Below are positions 36,571 to 50,907 of a stretch of DNA of 64,000 nucleotides, piece by piece; position 1 is the first letter of the stretch; each line of letters begins with the position of its first letter. The stretch is from Azolla caroliniana (lineage: Eukaryota > Plantae > Polypodiophyta), in assembly GCA_043228905.1 (NCBI GenBank), contig JBHGNT010000018.1, positions 11,036,001 through 11,100,000 of the forward strand, written 5' to 3'. Under the pieces are notes generated by a model. It saw only the letters and a list, made by a program, of their open reading frames with translations. It ran no database searches and had not been told where the DNA came from. The position numbers and the translations under genes are program-made.

Positions 36571-39500
36571 CAGCAGCGTCTGTCGGTGTCGGTTCCTCAT
36601 CTTGTCGGATTTCCGGGTTTTGCTTGAACGGGTTGGCTGGCATATTTCCCTTATACGGCTTTAGCCGAAACCCATTTGCCCACTTACCGATGACATCTCG
36701 AGATAACGTGCCGAGCTGATACGACCCATTGTACTCCTTGGTGATCCAGAACGGTCCGGTTTACCGAAACCGCAACTTTCCCGGCATGTTCCCCATCCGT
36801 GTCTGGAATAGTAGCACTGGTTTCCCGACTTCGAACTCCTTTTCGTTGCCACGCCGGTGTCCGTCCACGAAAGCTTTTCTCCTCCTTTGCTCCAGTTCGA
36901 GTTGTAGTAAGCTGGCTATTCGGTTTTCTTCTAATTCCAACAACGTCGCCAGCCAGATTCGTTCGGACTCCTTCTCACTTAAGCGCTCCTTTACCTGGAT
37001 CCGTAAGCTGGGGATCTGGAACTCTACCGGCATGACCGCTTCTAAACCGAATGCTAGTCGGAACGGGGTTGTCCGGATGCTGGTTTTGTACGTTGTTCGG
37101 TACGCCCATAGCGCGCTTTGCAATTTCGTATCCCAGTCGGTCCGGTTCTCGTTAACGATTTTTCGTAGGATGTTCTGCAGAGTTTTATTCGTTGATTCCG
37201 CTAGTCCATTGGCTTGAGGGTAGTAGGGAGTACTCCTTTTATGTACCACCGCGTAAAATGACGTCAGGCTTTCTACTACCTGCCCGAGAAAATGTCCTCC
37301 TTGGTCACTTATAAGCTCGATCGGGCATCCATATCGGCACCATATGCACTCGTACAGGAACTTTTCCGTGGACGCGGCCGTGTTGTCCCGTAAGGCCTTT
37401 GCTTCTACCCATTTGGTGCAATAGTCGGTCGCCACTATGACATACCGATTTCCGGTTCGCATTGCCGGTGGCTTGAAGGGACCGACAAAGTCCAAACCCC
37501 ACTTTTGAAACGGTTCCAAAGGCAAGACCGGGTGGTGTGGCATCCGGGCCTGCTCTGTGGGTTGGCCCAGTCGTTGACACAAATCGCATTCTCTGCTATA
37601 CTTCACGGCATCTTTTAGGGTGGTGGGCCACCACAGTCCGTTCTGCCATATTTTCCGAGCGGTTGCGTCGCCGGCATAATGCCCGCGGGCAATTCCACAG
37701 TGGGCTTCCCTGAGGATTAAATCCTTCTCATCGCTCCGCACTGCTCGTCTCCAGATGCCATCTGCCCCCTTGTGATAGAGGGTGTCTCCAACCAAGCAGA
37801 AATGTCTGCTTCTTACTGCTACCGTTTTCCTTTCATCGCGGTCCATGTTCTCCGGAGGTACTCCGGTGCTCAGGAACTGATGCATCTCAGTTAGCCACGT
37901 GTCTTCATCGGCTACCGTTGCATCCGTTGCCGGTTTCGTCGTGATCCGGAACAACTCGGCGTCGGGGAACTCATCCTGAACGCCGTCCCCTACTTCTCCG
38001 GATTCGAGTCTGCTTAGGTAGTCCGCTACCGCATGTTGCGCCCCGGGTCGGTGGAAAATGTCGAATTCAAATTCCTGTAACAACAGTGTCCATCGTGCAA
38101 TTTTTCTCGTCAGGGATGCCTTTGAGACCAGGTAGAGTAGTGCCAAATGGTCGACATGGAAGGAAAACTTCCTTCTGAGCAGATAGTGCTTGTACTTTGT
38201 GACACTATACACCATTCCCAATGCCTCGCGTTCCGTCGTGGAGTAGTTCCGTTCGGCTTTTGAGAGTTTCCGGCTTGCGTAGTACACCGGTCGGTACCAT
38301 TTCGGCTCCGTGAGTTGCATCAGAACGTTGCCGATTGCTACGTCTGACGCGTCGACGAAGACGTGAAAGCTTTTACTCCAATCCGGCGGTTGCACCACCG
38401 GAGGTTGCGACAGCATAACCTTCAACGCTTGGTAGGCTTCCTCCTCCGTCTCCGCCCATAGGAAGGGTACCCTCTGTACGGCGGTATGTAATGGTGTAGC
38501 GAAGTCTGCGAGGTGCCGTATCATCTGGCTATGCCACCTTATTTGGCCCAGGAACCGGCTTAAAGCCTTTGCGTTATTTGGTGCTGGTGCCTCGAGAATC
38601 GCCTTGACTTTATCCGGATCTACCGCGATTCCTTCCTTACTCACCACGTGCCCTAGTAAGTTGCCGCTTGCCACTCCAAAGACGCACTTGGCCGGGTTCA
38701 GGCTCAATCGGTACTCGCGGCACTTCTCCAAGCACATCCGGAGGTGATCGAGATGCTCTCCGTGCCGGCTGTAGACCGCGAAATCGTCAAGGAAAACCTG
38801 CATAAAACCGGGGATATATTCCCCGAAAATTTCCATTATTATCCTTTGAAAGGTCGCTGGAGCCGTCTTTAGTCCGAACATCATCACGACCGTGACGAAC
38901 ACTCCCCATTCCGTAACGAACGTTGTCTTCTCCTGGTCGGCCGGGTTCATTCGTATTTGGTTGTAACCGCTAAATCCATCCAGGAAGCTGTAAACTTCGT
39001 GGCCGGCTACCGCATCTAACACCCCGTCCGTAAATGGTAGTGGAAACGCATCGGTCACTGTTGCAACATTTAGTTTGCGATAGTCCACGCATACCCGGAT
39101 TTTGCGGTTCTTTTTCGGGACCACCACTATCGGACTCAGCCAGGTTGCCTGCTTGACCGGTCGGATAAATCCGACCCGGAGGAGCTTATCAATTTCCTCC
39201 TTCACCTTCGCCGCATAATTCGGATTCATCCGGTACCTGCGTTGAGCGATCGGTTTCGCGTCCGTACTTAGGTGAATTTGGTGCTGATAGAGCTGGGGGT
39301 CCAGCCCTCGCATGTCTTCGTACGACCACGCGAACACATCCTTGAAGTCTGTTAATAATGCTACCATTGCCTTCTTTTCTTCCTTCGGCAATTCCTTTGC
39401 GACATTTACCGGTCGGGGCTTGTCTGTTGTGCCGAGGTCCACCTCCTCTAGTTGGGATGCTTTTACCCTCTGGGATATCGTCATTTCCCTCTCTAGGGAT

Positions 39501-42328
39501 TCCTGCGGTTGTCGCAGTTCCCAGATCGCCGCTTGGTCCGGTTCATCCGGCGTCGTAATGTACGGTTCTACTACCGCCGTGATATCCACCTCAAATAGTG
39601 GGACAATTCGTGGGTGTTCCTCGAGGTACCGCTCGACTTCCTCGTCCGGTAATCCCTCCAACATGTTGATGCTTTCCGCATACAATGGACTTGCTTCCTT
39701 ACTGGCGATCACCCGTGGTTGCGTCGTTACTCGTACAATTGTTTTCCCTCGCTGGAATGTGATCATGTTCTTTTGCCAGTTCTGCTTGATATGCGCCGTT
39801 TGCAGCCATGGTCGTCCTAGCAGTAGGGGGTACGCGCCTTGTACATTCAGCTGCAGCACCACGGCCGATATCCGGAATATGTGGCCTCCAATCGTTACTT
39901 CCAAAGCCTGGATAAGCCCGGTCGGTCAGACTGAGCTTGTATCCGCCATGCGTAACCAGAAGGGGCATGGTTCCCATTCCCGGATGCCCAGGTTATCGCA
40001 TGTCTGTCGGCTGATGACATTTACCCCGGAGCCTCCGTTAATAATCGTTCCAGCAATTTCCTTTCCTTTCACGATTGCCATGATCGCCGGGCTACTTGTA
40101 TCGACCACCGCTGGTCCTTCCTCCGGGTTAGAGAAGAATGCCAGTGCTGGTGTCGGCTTCGGTTTGCTCACATATGCCTGTAAGTCTGCCGTAAACCGTG
40201 GCACCAACTGTAGTAGCCGTGCTAACGACAACACGATTTGACAGTCCTGTAGCACTTGCCACGTCGGGTTTTCTCCTGCCTATATGATTTCTTCGTCTTT
40301 TCGCATATTTTGGTCTCTTACTTCTGCCGCATTCTGTTCATTGGCCTCCTTGATCCATTGCGCCGCTTGTTTTCTGATTGCCTCCTGGGCTTCCCACTCG
40401 GCGGTCTTTCCCTTTGACCGGGTTGTGACCTGCTGTACTTCTGTTATTTCGGTTGTAACCATGTTGACTTCCGGCTGCTTGTCATTGGTTTTGCTTGGGC
40501 ATTGGTTACTATAGTGGCCTTCCTTACGGCAATAATAATAGTACACCTTGTGATTGTTGCTCGTTTCTCCTTTGTCCCCGGTTTGGAGGGTGGGTATGCT
40601 TCGGCGGTCGTCTTCGGTTTTTCGGTTATCCAGTACCGATACCGGGTTGTCATTCCTCGCTGCCTCCCGACGTTCCTCTCTTCGGAAAAATCCACGCTTC
40701 TAATTCCGTCAGAAATTTCGGTTCCCTTGTCGCCTCTCTTCTCTGCGTCGTTCGTATTCCGGGGATTCTTCTCGGTCATACCGGTCCCGGGGGTAGCTAT
40801 CTCTGCGTTTATCCTCTCAGTCATAGTTATCGCGTCTTCTATCAGCGTATCTGTTACCGCGTTCGCGTTGGTAGCGGTCGTCTCTCCGGAATCGATCCTC
40901 GTCTGGGTTCTGATTGCGCGGTTCTATGTGTCGAACCGGTGCTGCCTGCCGATTTAACAGGTTATATTCGCATCGGTCCGTTGTATGGGCTCAAGAGTTG
41001 CAGATCATACATTGTGTCCGCAGGGTGCAGTCTACTGTTGAGTGGCCCGAATTTAGGCATGTTGTGCATTGTAAGGCCTGTTGGAACCTCAGGTCTTCCT
41101 CCTTCGGGAGTGCCCGGTGTAACATCCCCATCGACAAGAGGGGGCTAGTCTTGTCCATTTCTAAAACCCGATCAATAACTTGGTCCATTGTGCTGGTGTG
41201 GAAATCAAGGACTCCGCACATTGTTTGAAGTGGCTCTTTCAGCGCGGCCAAAAAGACGGCTTTGGCTTCGTCTTCGGGTGGTGCTCTCGTCAGTTGGCTG
41301 TGCAGGGTCTGAAACCGAATGACGAATTGTGGCACAGTCTCGGTCTCTTCCTGCCGGGTGGTGTAGAACTGCCCGACCAATTCCCTTTGCTCAACTTGTG
41401 TGTGAAAAAGCCTGAGGAATCTGGCCTTCAAGGCATCGAATGTGGCAAAGCTGCCCGGTAAGTGCTTTGCGTGCCATCGGGCCGCCGGTCCTTCTAAGGT
41501 CATGTCGAATTCGGCGACTTTGGATCGTTTGGCTTCGGGCTCCGTCAGTCTTTGGGAGACATGGTTGGCTTCCCATGTTTGGAGGAATGCGTACACGTGT
41601 GCCTCCACGTCGGGCTCATCCCGGTACTTTGGGTATGGGTACGACATCGTGTCGTCCAACTGACTCTCCTGCCTTCTCCGCTCTCTGTCCGCTGTTGGCG
41701 TCGGTGTGAGAACCTTTGGTTCCTCCGCGGTTGGTGCCGGTATCCGCTCCTTCAGTTCCTCCGCGGGTGTCGCCGGTGTCCGGTCCTTTGGTTCCTCCGA
41801 GGGTGTTGTCGGTATCCGCTCCTTCGGTTCCTTCGCGGGTGTTGTCGGTATCCGTTCCTTCGGTTCCTTCACGGGTGTTGTCGGTATCCGGTCAGCCTCC
41901 CTCGGCGATTGCCGGTCACCGAACTCCAAGGTTATTTCTTCCTCTGGCTCCGGTGTTACTGAGTCTTCCGACCCCTCTTCCCCCGGGTCATTTGGTGTGT
42001 CGTGGCTGCTTTTATACCGGGACGAAACGCTTCCGTCGCTTTCCGACTCCGCCTCAAGTGTTGCGAATGCTTCCGAGTCCCCATCGCCCCCGGCGAGCGT
42101 CTGTAGTATCATTTCCGCCTCTTGCAGGCTTGTTATGCTACTGCCTTCATCGGGGATTTGCAGAACCCGGAACTGCAGTGCTTCTTCTGCGACTCTCCGA
42201 AGAGTTTTGGAGAATGACCGATCCCGCCAGATCTCGTCGACGGCTTGCTGCAGGGCTTCCCGTCGTTGCTCGCGTTCGGTGTATCGTCTCCCTCGTTCGG
42301 TGATGTGGTCGTCGTTTGGTCTAGACAT
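36530..42328 (-). pseudogene. gag-pol: E1 gag-pol (gag with two Zn knuckles, PR, RT, RH, INT, GPF), few lesions
   Basis: 1047-aa open RT-RH-INT frame (36761-39904): LDGFSGYNQI, FLDD, VDASD, WGLDFVGP; 36-bp repeat RIPTTPAKEPKE x5-6 in gag (~41700-41895). Confidence 0.92.
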
Positions 42329-42880
42329 CCATCCCCCGTTGTCCTCTGCACTTTGCAGGAATCGTCGTCGCCAAAATAGTGTTGTCTGCCTGGCCGGACT
42401 AGCCTCAACACAGGTGTCTATCCGACACTTCTCCAAAGGGGTGGTAAGGATTGGATGCTAGGTTACACGCGTAAGATAATTACAATTAAGCACAGACGGT
42501 AAACAATACGAAGATACAGATAAACACGCAATAATTACTTTTGTATTACTTCCGTCAAACCCTTTACAATTCATCGGATCCTTTTATAGGCATCCGGCAA
42601 GGTTACAATCGGTGCGCTTAGGCAACCGACATCCGAATTGGTCCGGATCCGTCCCTCCGAATAATAATTCTACTATCATTTACTTCCTATTATCCGATCC
42701 GACTCCGCCTTCCCACTTGTCCTTGCTCTTCTGACCGGCCAACAGTAAATAGTAGAGAGGGCACTTGCCCTAGCTTAGTTGGTATATAAACCAACACATG
42801 GTAACTCAGTGATCGTTGGATGTTTTATGCTTTGATGTAATTTTGGTTAACATACAGTTTGTCTATCTCTGTCGTAAGAG

Positions 42881-42916
<36 letters not shown>

Positions 42917-44015
42917 GTCTTGAGACACACACACACACACTCATCTTCTGCCGCATTACAACCACTCTTGCCTCCTCATTTCTTTACATGGTATCAGAGC
43001 GTGTGGTTTCCTAATCAAGCTTTTTCAACTGTGTTGTGGTGCACACCGATGATCAACCGATGATCAACTCAAATGGGAAGCGCTCTTCGTACCGAGAAGC
43101 TCGACAGAATGAACTTTGCATCTTGGGAATACAAGATGCATCAATATCTTGTCGAACAAGGCTACTGGAGCTACATCGAAGGAGCTCATGAATCACACCC
43201 CAACCCAACACACGCCGACTATCCTGCTTAGGAGCAGGCCGCAAGCCGTGTGTTGTATTGCCTTGCATCATGCGTTCATGATCACATGCTTGGCTACATT
43301 TGAGAGGCAAAAACACCGAAGCAGGCATGGGAAAATCTCAAGAAGATTTTTGTAGCCAACACGGCCGCACGAAGGCTCCAACTTCGACAAGAGCTGAACA
43401 ATCTTCAACAAAGGGACATGTCAATCGGCCACTACACCTTAAAGATCAAGGATTTGTGTGATGCCCTTGGATCGATCAATGTTAGCATTAATGATGAAGA
43501 AATGGTGCATATATGTCTCGGTGGCTGTTACCCGGCCGACAAGAAGGCTTAAGGATGTCCAAACCAGAGTGTGAAAGGAATAGTTATTTGGGAACTGTTG
43601 TAATTATTTTATTAATATGGACGGACGGACCGGAATCGGTATGCCAATCCGGATCCGGACCGATTCCGAATAGGTGCCGGTTGGCACCGTTTTGTACTTC
43701 GCACCGGAGACCTATATAAAGGCCCGGTTACATTGTAATTGACAGCGGATAATTAATAGAACTCATTGCCTTAACCTTTTAGTATTGATTACCATTCTGT
43801 ACTCATTGTTATATCTTACGCGTGTAATGACGAATTGCTAAGTAACCAATTAAGGTCTAATTAAGCATTGTGTCGTAAGTCATCTTGCCGTAACACCCTT
43901 TGGTGAAGTGTCTTAAATGGACACCCTGTGTTAGGCTGTTGTCCGGCCCTACGATTAACACAGTTTTTGGCGACCACGATTCCTGCACAATCGCAGTGAA
44001 CAGCGGCGGGAATGG

Positions 44016-47000
44016 ATGACTAGGCCAACAGACGACCCGGTTACGGAGAGAGCACGAAGACTTGCTGAGCGGCGAAGGCAGCGAGAGGCTTTCCAGCAAG
44101 CGGCGGAAGAAATCCGATTGGATTGATCATTTTCCAAAGTGATCCAGAAAGTGGCGGAAGAGTCGCTCCATCTGCAACAAAACACTTACCCGGACGAAGG
44201 AAGCAGCTTAAGCAGCCTCCGGGAAGCGGAATCCCTTCTCCAAGCTTTGGCCGGAAGAGACGGCGAATCCGAAGCATTTTCGGCGCTGGAATCGGATTCG
44301 GAAGGGGGTTACAGCGTGCACACGAACTATCGCAATAGTAACGACACCCTAGGAGGACCGGAGGACGAGGAGTTGGATACATTACCGACACCGGAACCAG
44401 AATTGTCAGACCGGGAACCTCCGGCACTAAACGTGGAGCAACCTCCGGAGACGGAAGAAGACAGAGAAAGACCTCCGACACCAGAAGTCGAGCCGGCAAC
44501 ACCAAAGGAAGACCGGCAAAGACCTCCGACGCCGAGGAACAACACGAAAGACCACCGACACCGCCAGCCTGCGTACCAACACTGGACGATGACATGTCGT
44601 TCCAGTACTCCAAGTATAGGGATGACCCGGACGCGGAGGCTCATGTTTATGCGTTTCAACAAACATGGGAGGCGAACCATGTGTCACAACGGTTAACTAC
44701 GGCCGAAGAGGAACAATCTAAGATAGCCGAATTCGGCGTGACATTGGAAGGACCGGCCGCCAGATGGCACCAGACGCAGGACCCCAGAACCATCACCACC
44801 TTTGCGGACCTGAAAGATAAATTCTTGCACTTCTTTCAGAAGGAGGTGGACTAGAGAGAAATGGTGGGCCTATTTTATACCATCCGGCAAGACCCTGGGG
44901 AGAGCATTCCACAGTTTGTCATCCGGTTTCAACGGATGCACAATCAGCTTACCCGAACACCTCCGGAGGAAGAAACATGGGCCATATTCTTAGCCGCGCT
45001 CCGGGAACCTCTACGAACGGTATGCACGGTCATCGACTTTCGCACAAGCACCGTCAACCAGGTCATCTCGACCGGGTTAGAGAAATGGAGAAAACGAGCT
45101 CTTGGGTAACAATGGGAGCCCTCCAATGAGCGTTACCAACCGATGAGGATCTCCGGTTCCGGCAAGCAATCCAATGCACGACCTGCTTGAATTCCGGACA
45201 CTCGGCACTGGAGTGCACCATGCAGACGCACTGCTTACTCTGCCAATCTACGAGCCACACGATGGACCGGTGTGAATATAACTTATTGAATCGGCAAGCA
45301 CCACCAGTTCGGCAAATCGAGCCACGTAGTAGCCGAGACGAAGAAGATGAACACTGGCGGCGAGAGGAGCAATATCGACCGGCACAGGATGTCTGGTACG
45401 ACAATCGACGAGACAACTATGATCGGTACGAGAGATATGACAGGTACCGAGATTACAATGGACAGTACGAGCATTACAACCGGGATCACTCCCTCGGGTA
45501 TCACCAACGACGGGAAGATTACGGGAGATATGACGACCAACCCCGTCAAGGGTACCGCAATAGAAAGAACTTTAATAAAAAACGACATTTCAAAAAAGGG
45601 AGCCACCCACGTGAACCGGAACAAGGCTCCTCAAGCAGCCAACCAGACCAAAGCCCAGCGGTTACCACAGGTTCTCCACCGGGTACAGGAAACAATGCCG
45701 ATTCCAGCAATACCCGTAAAGCATATTGCTATTATTGCAGGCAAGAAGGGCATTATAGTAATCAATGTCCGGCAAAGAGCTATGACAAGTGACCGACAGT
45801 AAACATGGTAGTTGCCGAAGTCGCAGACCTGCAGCAAGTTACCACAAGGTCGAAGGGCAAGGCGACGGAATGGGAGACACAAGAGGCCATCCGGAAGCAG
45901 GCAACGGAATGGGTGAAAAAGGCAAATGAGCGAAACGTAGCAGAACTTGCGCAGCAAAAGGAGAACACCGAAGAGCTCGCCGGCGGCAGTCAGACCAAAA
46001 TGCGACATGGCAGGCATTGCAGGAGTGCCAAATCACACTGCCATTAGGACGGTGTCGTAGTGTATTTCGTTCACTACGTGAAAAAGTAAAAATAATATAA
46101 CCGATTTAATTACATATAAATAAATAAAATAAGAATATCAAGATATTTATCACGTGCATAGGGCAGAATTCGAACCCTGTACCTCCACGTAGCCAAACCT
46201 CAACTTTACCATTATGCTACCTTATCTTTAATGTTCTACAAATTGATTTAATAACTATAAGTGCTTTATTTGCGCCTACCTTTATTAAAAGGTAAATCAT
46301 GTATTTTTAGAGTGCGTGAATATTTTATAGAAAAATGCAAGCAACTAAAAAGTGACTCATGCACATCTAGCGTGCATGAGCACTATATTTAGCAAATAAA
46401 AGCAAGGATTAGAAAAGCATCACATGCACATTTAGTGTGCATGAACATATTAGAAAAAAGCATGTAGCTATGCTTAGTCTCTCCCATCACTATATAAGGA
46501 TGGGGAGCACAATGTAATAGGTGTGTGAAATATTTGGAAATTGGATATATTTCCGAAAACACCAACCGATTAATATAATCATGGGATTCACGAAAATAAT
46601 ATAATCTATACTTGTGGGATTCACAAGTTTCTTATATCTTTCTTTCAATCTAAATACATATTCTTATCTAAATATTGATTAATCGAATACAATACACTCG
46701 TGGGATTCACGAAATTTCTATCTCTCTTTCTAATAATTTCTTCTTTCTCCTAGTCCAAAACCCCAGTGGTTCCCACCCGACTCACACAAACGATCTGGAG
46801 CCGAAAGGCACGACAACGGCTCATGCAACTAGTGCCCAGATTCACAAAAGGACTAAAGACAGGCATGACGACAGGAGAAACACCACCGGCACCAACATTC
46901 TTCTCAAATCCGGAGGAGGGACCGACGGTGGTAGACACAAACAGTTCGGCGATCACAGCCATCGTGAAGGGAAAGGAGTTACCTGGAACAGTAATAGATG

Positions 47001-50000
47001 GAGGATCCGACGTCAATGTGATTAGCCTCCAAACATGCACAACCTTGGGAATCCAAGAGTGGGAACCATGCCCGTTCTGGCTACGGATGGCGGATACAAG
47101 CTTAGTGCGACCGACCGGCTTGATACGAGATTTGGAAGTAACAATCGGCGGCCACATATTTCGCATCTCGGCAGTAGTGCTACAATTACAGGCACAAGGA
47201 GCTTACCTGCTATTCTTGGGGAGGGCGTGGCTAAAAACGGTGCACATTAAACAAAACTGGAGGAAGAATATAATCACCTTCCGGCAGGGAAAAGCAAAAG
47301 TACGGGTACCGACACAACCACAGACAGGTACCGGGAAGAAATTGACACCCCTATATGCCGAATGTGTCAATATGCTGGACGGATTAGCAGACGAAGAGGT
47401 GGATCAATACTTGCAAGATAATCCGAAGATAGTACCTCTGTTTGACGTAGCTGAAGTCATATCACCATACATACTGCCACCGGACGGAGCGGACGAAGAA
47501 CCAAATAAAGAAGTGATCTGGGAGCTACGGCAAGCACAAGAAGCGCTGGAACGAGAAATGCCCGTATCACAATGGGTTAAAGCATCCCAACTAGAGGAGG
47601 TAAATCTAGGAGCTACGGAAGAGGCGAGACCGGTGCAGATAGCCAAGGAAATGACTATGGAGAACAGAACGGCAATGATTACACTTCTCAAAGAGTTTAG
47701 GGACGTGTTTGCATGGTCCTACGAGGATATGAGAGGGCTCAATCCTCAGCTATATCAGCATTAGATACATTTGAGCAACGACGCCAAACCGGTAGCACAA
47801 CGACGGTACCAGATGAATCCAAACTATGCCGCCAAAGTCAAGGAGGAAATCGACAAGCTGCTGAGGGTTGACTTTATCCGTCTCGTAAAGAAATCTACAT
47901 GGCTGAGCCCGATAGTAGTCGTACCAAAGAAAAACAGCAAAATTAGAGTATGTGTCGACTACCGGAAGCTTAATGCGGCGACGGTAACAGATGCATTCCC
48001 ACACCCATTTACGGATGGAGTTTTGGACGCAGTCGCCGGCCATGAGGTATACAGTTTTTTAGATGGATTCAACGGATACAACCAGATCCGGATGCACCCC
48101 GATGACCAGGAGAAAACGGCTTTTGTCACTGAATGGGGAGTGTTTGTTGCCGTAGTGATGATGTTCAGACTAAAAACGGCGCCGGCAACGTTCTAGAGGA
48201 TCATCATGGAAATATTCGGAGAATTCATACCGGCATTCATGCAGGTGTTCCTCAACAACTTCGCCGTTTACAACCGGGAAGGAGACCACCTTCAACACCT
48301 CCGACTGTGTCTGGAAAAGTGTAGGGCTTACCGGCTAAGCCTGAATCCGGCGAACTGTGTATTCGGCGTGTCCAACAGAACGCTACTGGGGCACATTGTG
48401 AGCAAGGAGGGCATCGCCATGGATCCGGACAAAGTAAAAGCAATCCTGGAGGCACCGGCACCAACAACAACAAAGGCATTGAGCCGTTTCTTAGGCCAAA
48501 TCCGTTGGCATAGCCGAATGCTCCGGTATTTGGCGGACCTAGCTACACCACTGCATGTTGCGGTACACCGAACACTGTTCCAGTGGACCGACACCGAAGA
48601 CAAGGCGTACCGGGCACTCAAAGTTCTATTGTCACAAGCACCGATAGTGCAACCCCCAGATTGGGCGAAGGAATTTCATGTGTTCGTGGATGCGTCCGAC
48701 ATTGCAATCGGGAGTGCGCTGATGCAACTTACGGAGCCAAGATTGTACCGGCCCGTATATTACGCAAGCCGAAAGTTATCCCAAGCCGAACGAAATTATT
48801 CCACCACGGAAAGGGAAGCTTTAGGCATGATCTACAACGTAACAAAAATCAGGCATTATTTATTGGGAAGAAAGTTTTCCTTCCATGTAGATCATTCAAC
48901 ACTCCTCTACCTAGTGTCCAGAGCATCACTTACCGGTAGGTTGGCCCGGTGGACTTTGCTATTACAGGAATTCGAATTCGAGATATTCCACCGACCTGGG
49001 GTACAGCATGCGGTAGCAAATTATTTAAGCCAGTTAGATGCCGGCGAAACCGGCGACGGAGTACCGGACGAGTTTCCGGATGCTGAGCTATTTCGAGTCA
49101 CCGCGGAAACAGTAACAGATGAAACGATGGCACCAGAAGATAAGTGGCTAACAAATATGCACCAATTTCTGAGCACCGGATTGCCTCCGGAGGAGATGAA
49201 CCAGGACGAGAGGAAACGCCTAGCGGTACAAAGCCGGCACTTTTGTTTATTACGGGACACGCTATACCACAAAGGTGCGGATGGTATATGGCGACGAGCG
49301 GTGCGCAGTGACGAGAAAGAGGTAATACTACGGGAAGCACGTTGCGGAGTCACTGGAGGCCATTATGTCGGGGATGCTACGGCAAGGAAGATATGGCAAA
49401 GTGGCCTATGGTGGCCGACTACATTGAAAGACGCAGTCCGGTACGCGAAAGAGTGTGACCTATGCCAGTGAATGCGCCAGCCAACGGAACAAGCTAGGAT
49501 GCCGCACCAGCCAGTACTACCGCTAGAACCATTTCAGAAATGGGGACTGGATTTTGTCATACCATTTAAACGTCCGGCAATGAGAACTGGCAACCGGTAT
49601 GTGATCGTCGCGACGGACTACTGCACTAAATGGGTGGAAGCCAAAGCCCTACGAGACAACACTGCGACGTCGACGGCAAAATTCTTATACGAATACATTT
49701 GGTGCCTGTACGGATGCCCCATAGAGCTGATAAGCGACCAAGGAGGGCACTTTCTTGGACAGGTAGTGGAGAGCTTGACATCATTCTATGCGGTAGTACA
49801 TAAACGGAGCACCCCATACTACCCACAACCCAATGGATTAGCTGAGTCAACAAACAAAACGCTACAGAATATCCTGCGCAACATCGTCAATGAGAATCAG
49901 ACAGATTGGGACACGAAGCTGCACAGTGCGCTCTGGGCTTACCGGACAACGTACAAAACAACCATCCGAACAACGCCGTTCCGGTTAACATTCGGATTAG

Positions 50001-50368
50001 AGGCAGTCATGCCAGTCAAGTTCCAAGTACCGAGCTTACGGATTCAGATTCGGGAACGACTTAATGAAAAGGAATCGGAGGCAATTCAGTTAAAGGCTCT
50101 GTGTGAACTAGAAGAACACCGATTGGCAAGCATCATGCACCTGGAATTGGAACAACGGTGATGGAAAGCGTTTGTAGATCAGCACTAGAAGGGAAATGAA
50201 AAGATGTTCGAAATCGGCACGTATTGGATCGGACCGTATTGGATCACACGCGGGTTGAATGGGTCTTACCAGTTAGGGACACTTGGCGGCGAGGTGCTGG
50301 GTAAATGGGTCAACGGATTTAGACTAAAGCCATACAAAGGACCTATGCCCAAGAACCCATTTGAATGA
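44016..50368 (+). pseudogene. gag-pol: E2 gag-pol, multiple stops; interrupted by solo LTR
   Basis: Collinear with E1: QTWEANHVSQRL, IDGGSDVN, YQMNPNYAAKVKEE, WGLDF, NGFRLKPY. Confidence 0.92.
46053..46815 (+). mobile_element. Solo LTR of Phygy-like family, 4-bp TSD ACGG; tRNA-like A/B box on minus strand at 46155-46226
   Basis: TGTCGTAGTG...GGCACGACA; excision restores host LPLGR|LMQLV frame; cassette TAGCATAATGGTAAAG...GGGTTCGAATTC. Confidence 0.93.
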
Positions 50369-50907
50369 AGGGTCGACACTAAATCGGACGCCGGCAGGCC
50401 AACCAAGACGGCAAACCGTTAAGAGGCTGACAAGGTGCGCGTTTCGGGTAAGGGTCCGACAAGACCGAAGAAGAATTAACCACATAATTAATATTTAAAA
50501 AATAATAATAAATTAATAATAATAATAATAATAAATTGAAACGAATCAAAGAAATCATGGAAAGGAGTGGTGGGAACGGTCATGCAAACGAGGAGTAAAG
50601 AGGCACTTCGAAAAGGTACGAGGAGGCTATGAATAAGGCCTTAAACCACCGCCACATGGCACGTAATGCTATTATAGTACACGACCTACACACGCGTAGC
50701 CTCGAAAAAGGCGCCAAGATGCAGAGAGAAAAACCCCCACGCATCGAGACCTTCTCCTTTCGCGAACCAAGGAGAACAGACGCAAACAGACGCGTGAAGA
50801 TTAATCGAAGAGAGCTCGTGCACAGAGAACCCCCTCACTCAGAACTTTCTCTCTCACACTCTCTCCACCGTCAAACCTCACCATTGCTCTCCGACCTCGA
50901 CGCAGAG

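Larger units (their letters stand above)
33214..42744 (-). mobile_element. Full-length non-chromovirus (Athila/Tat-related) gypsy E1 with extra 3' ORF; LTRs 33214-33603 and 42380-42744; TSD GTAAA
   Basis: TG..CA LTRs differing by ~5-6 substitutions and a 25-bp indel; PBS TGGCGACGACG at 42363-42373; TATA on minus strand. Confidence 0.95.

Noticed and set aside
39312-42461. Long antisense ORFs over gag-pol
   Set aside because: Shadow frames of GC-rich coding DNA with no recognisable motifs.
33214-42744. E1/E2 simply annotated in the wrong orientation
   Set aside because: TATA, gag-pol and extra ORF agree on one strand, and the other end has a PBS-like site rather than a PPT.
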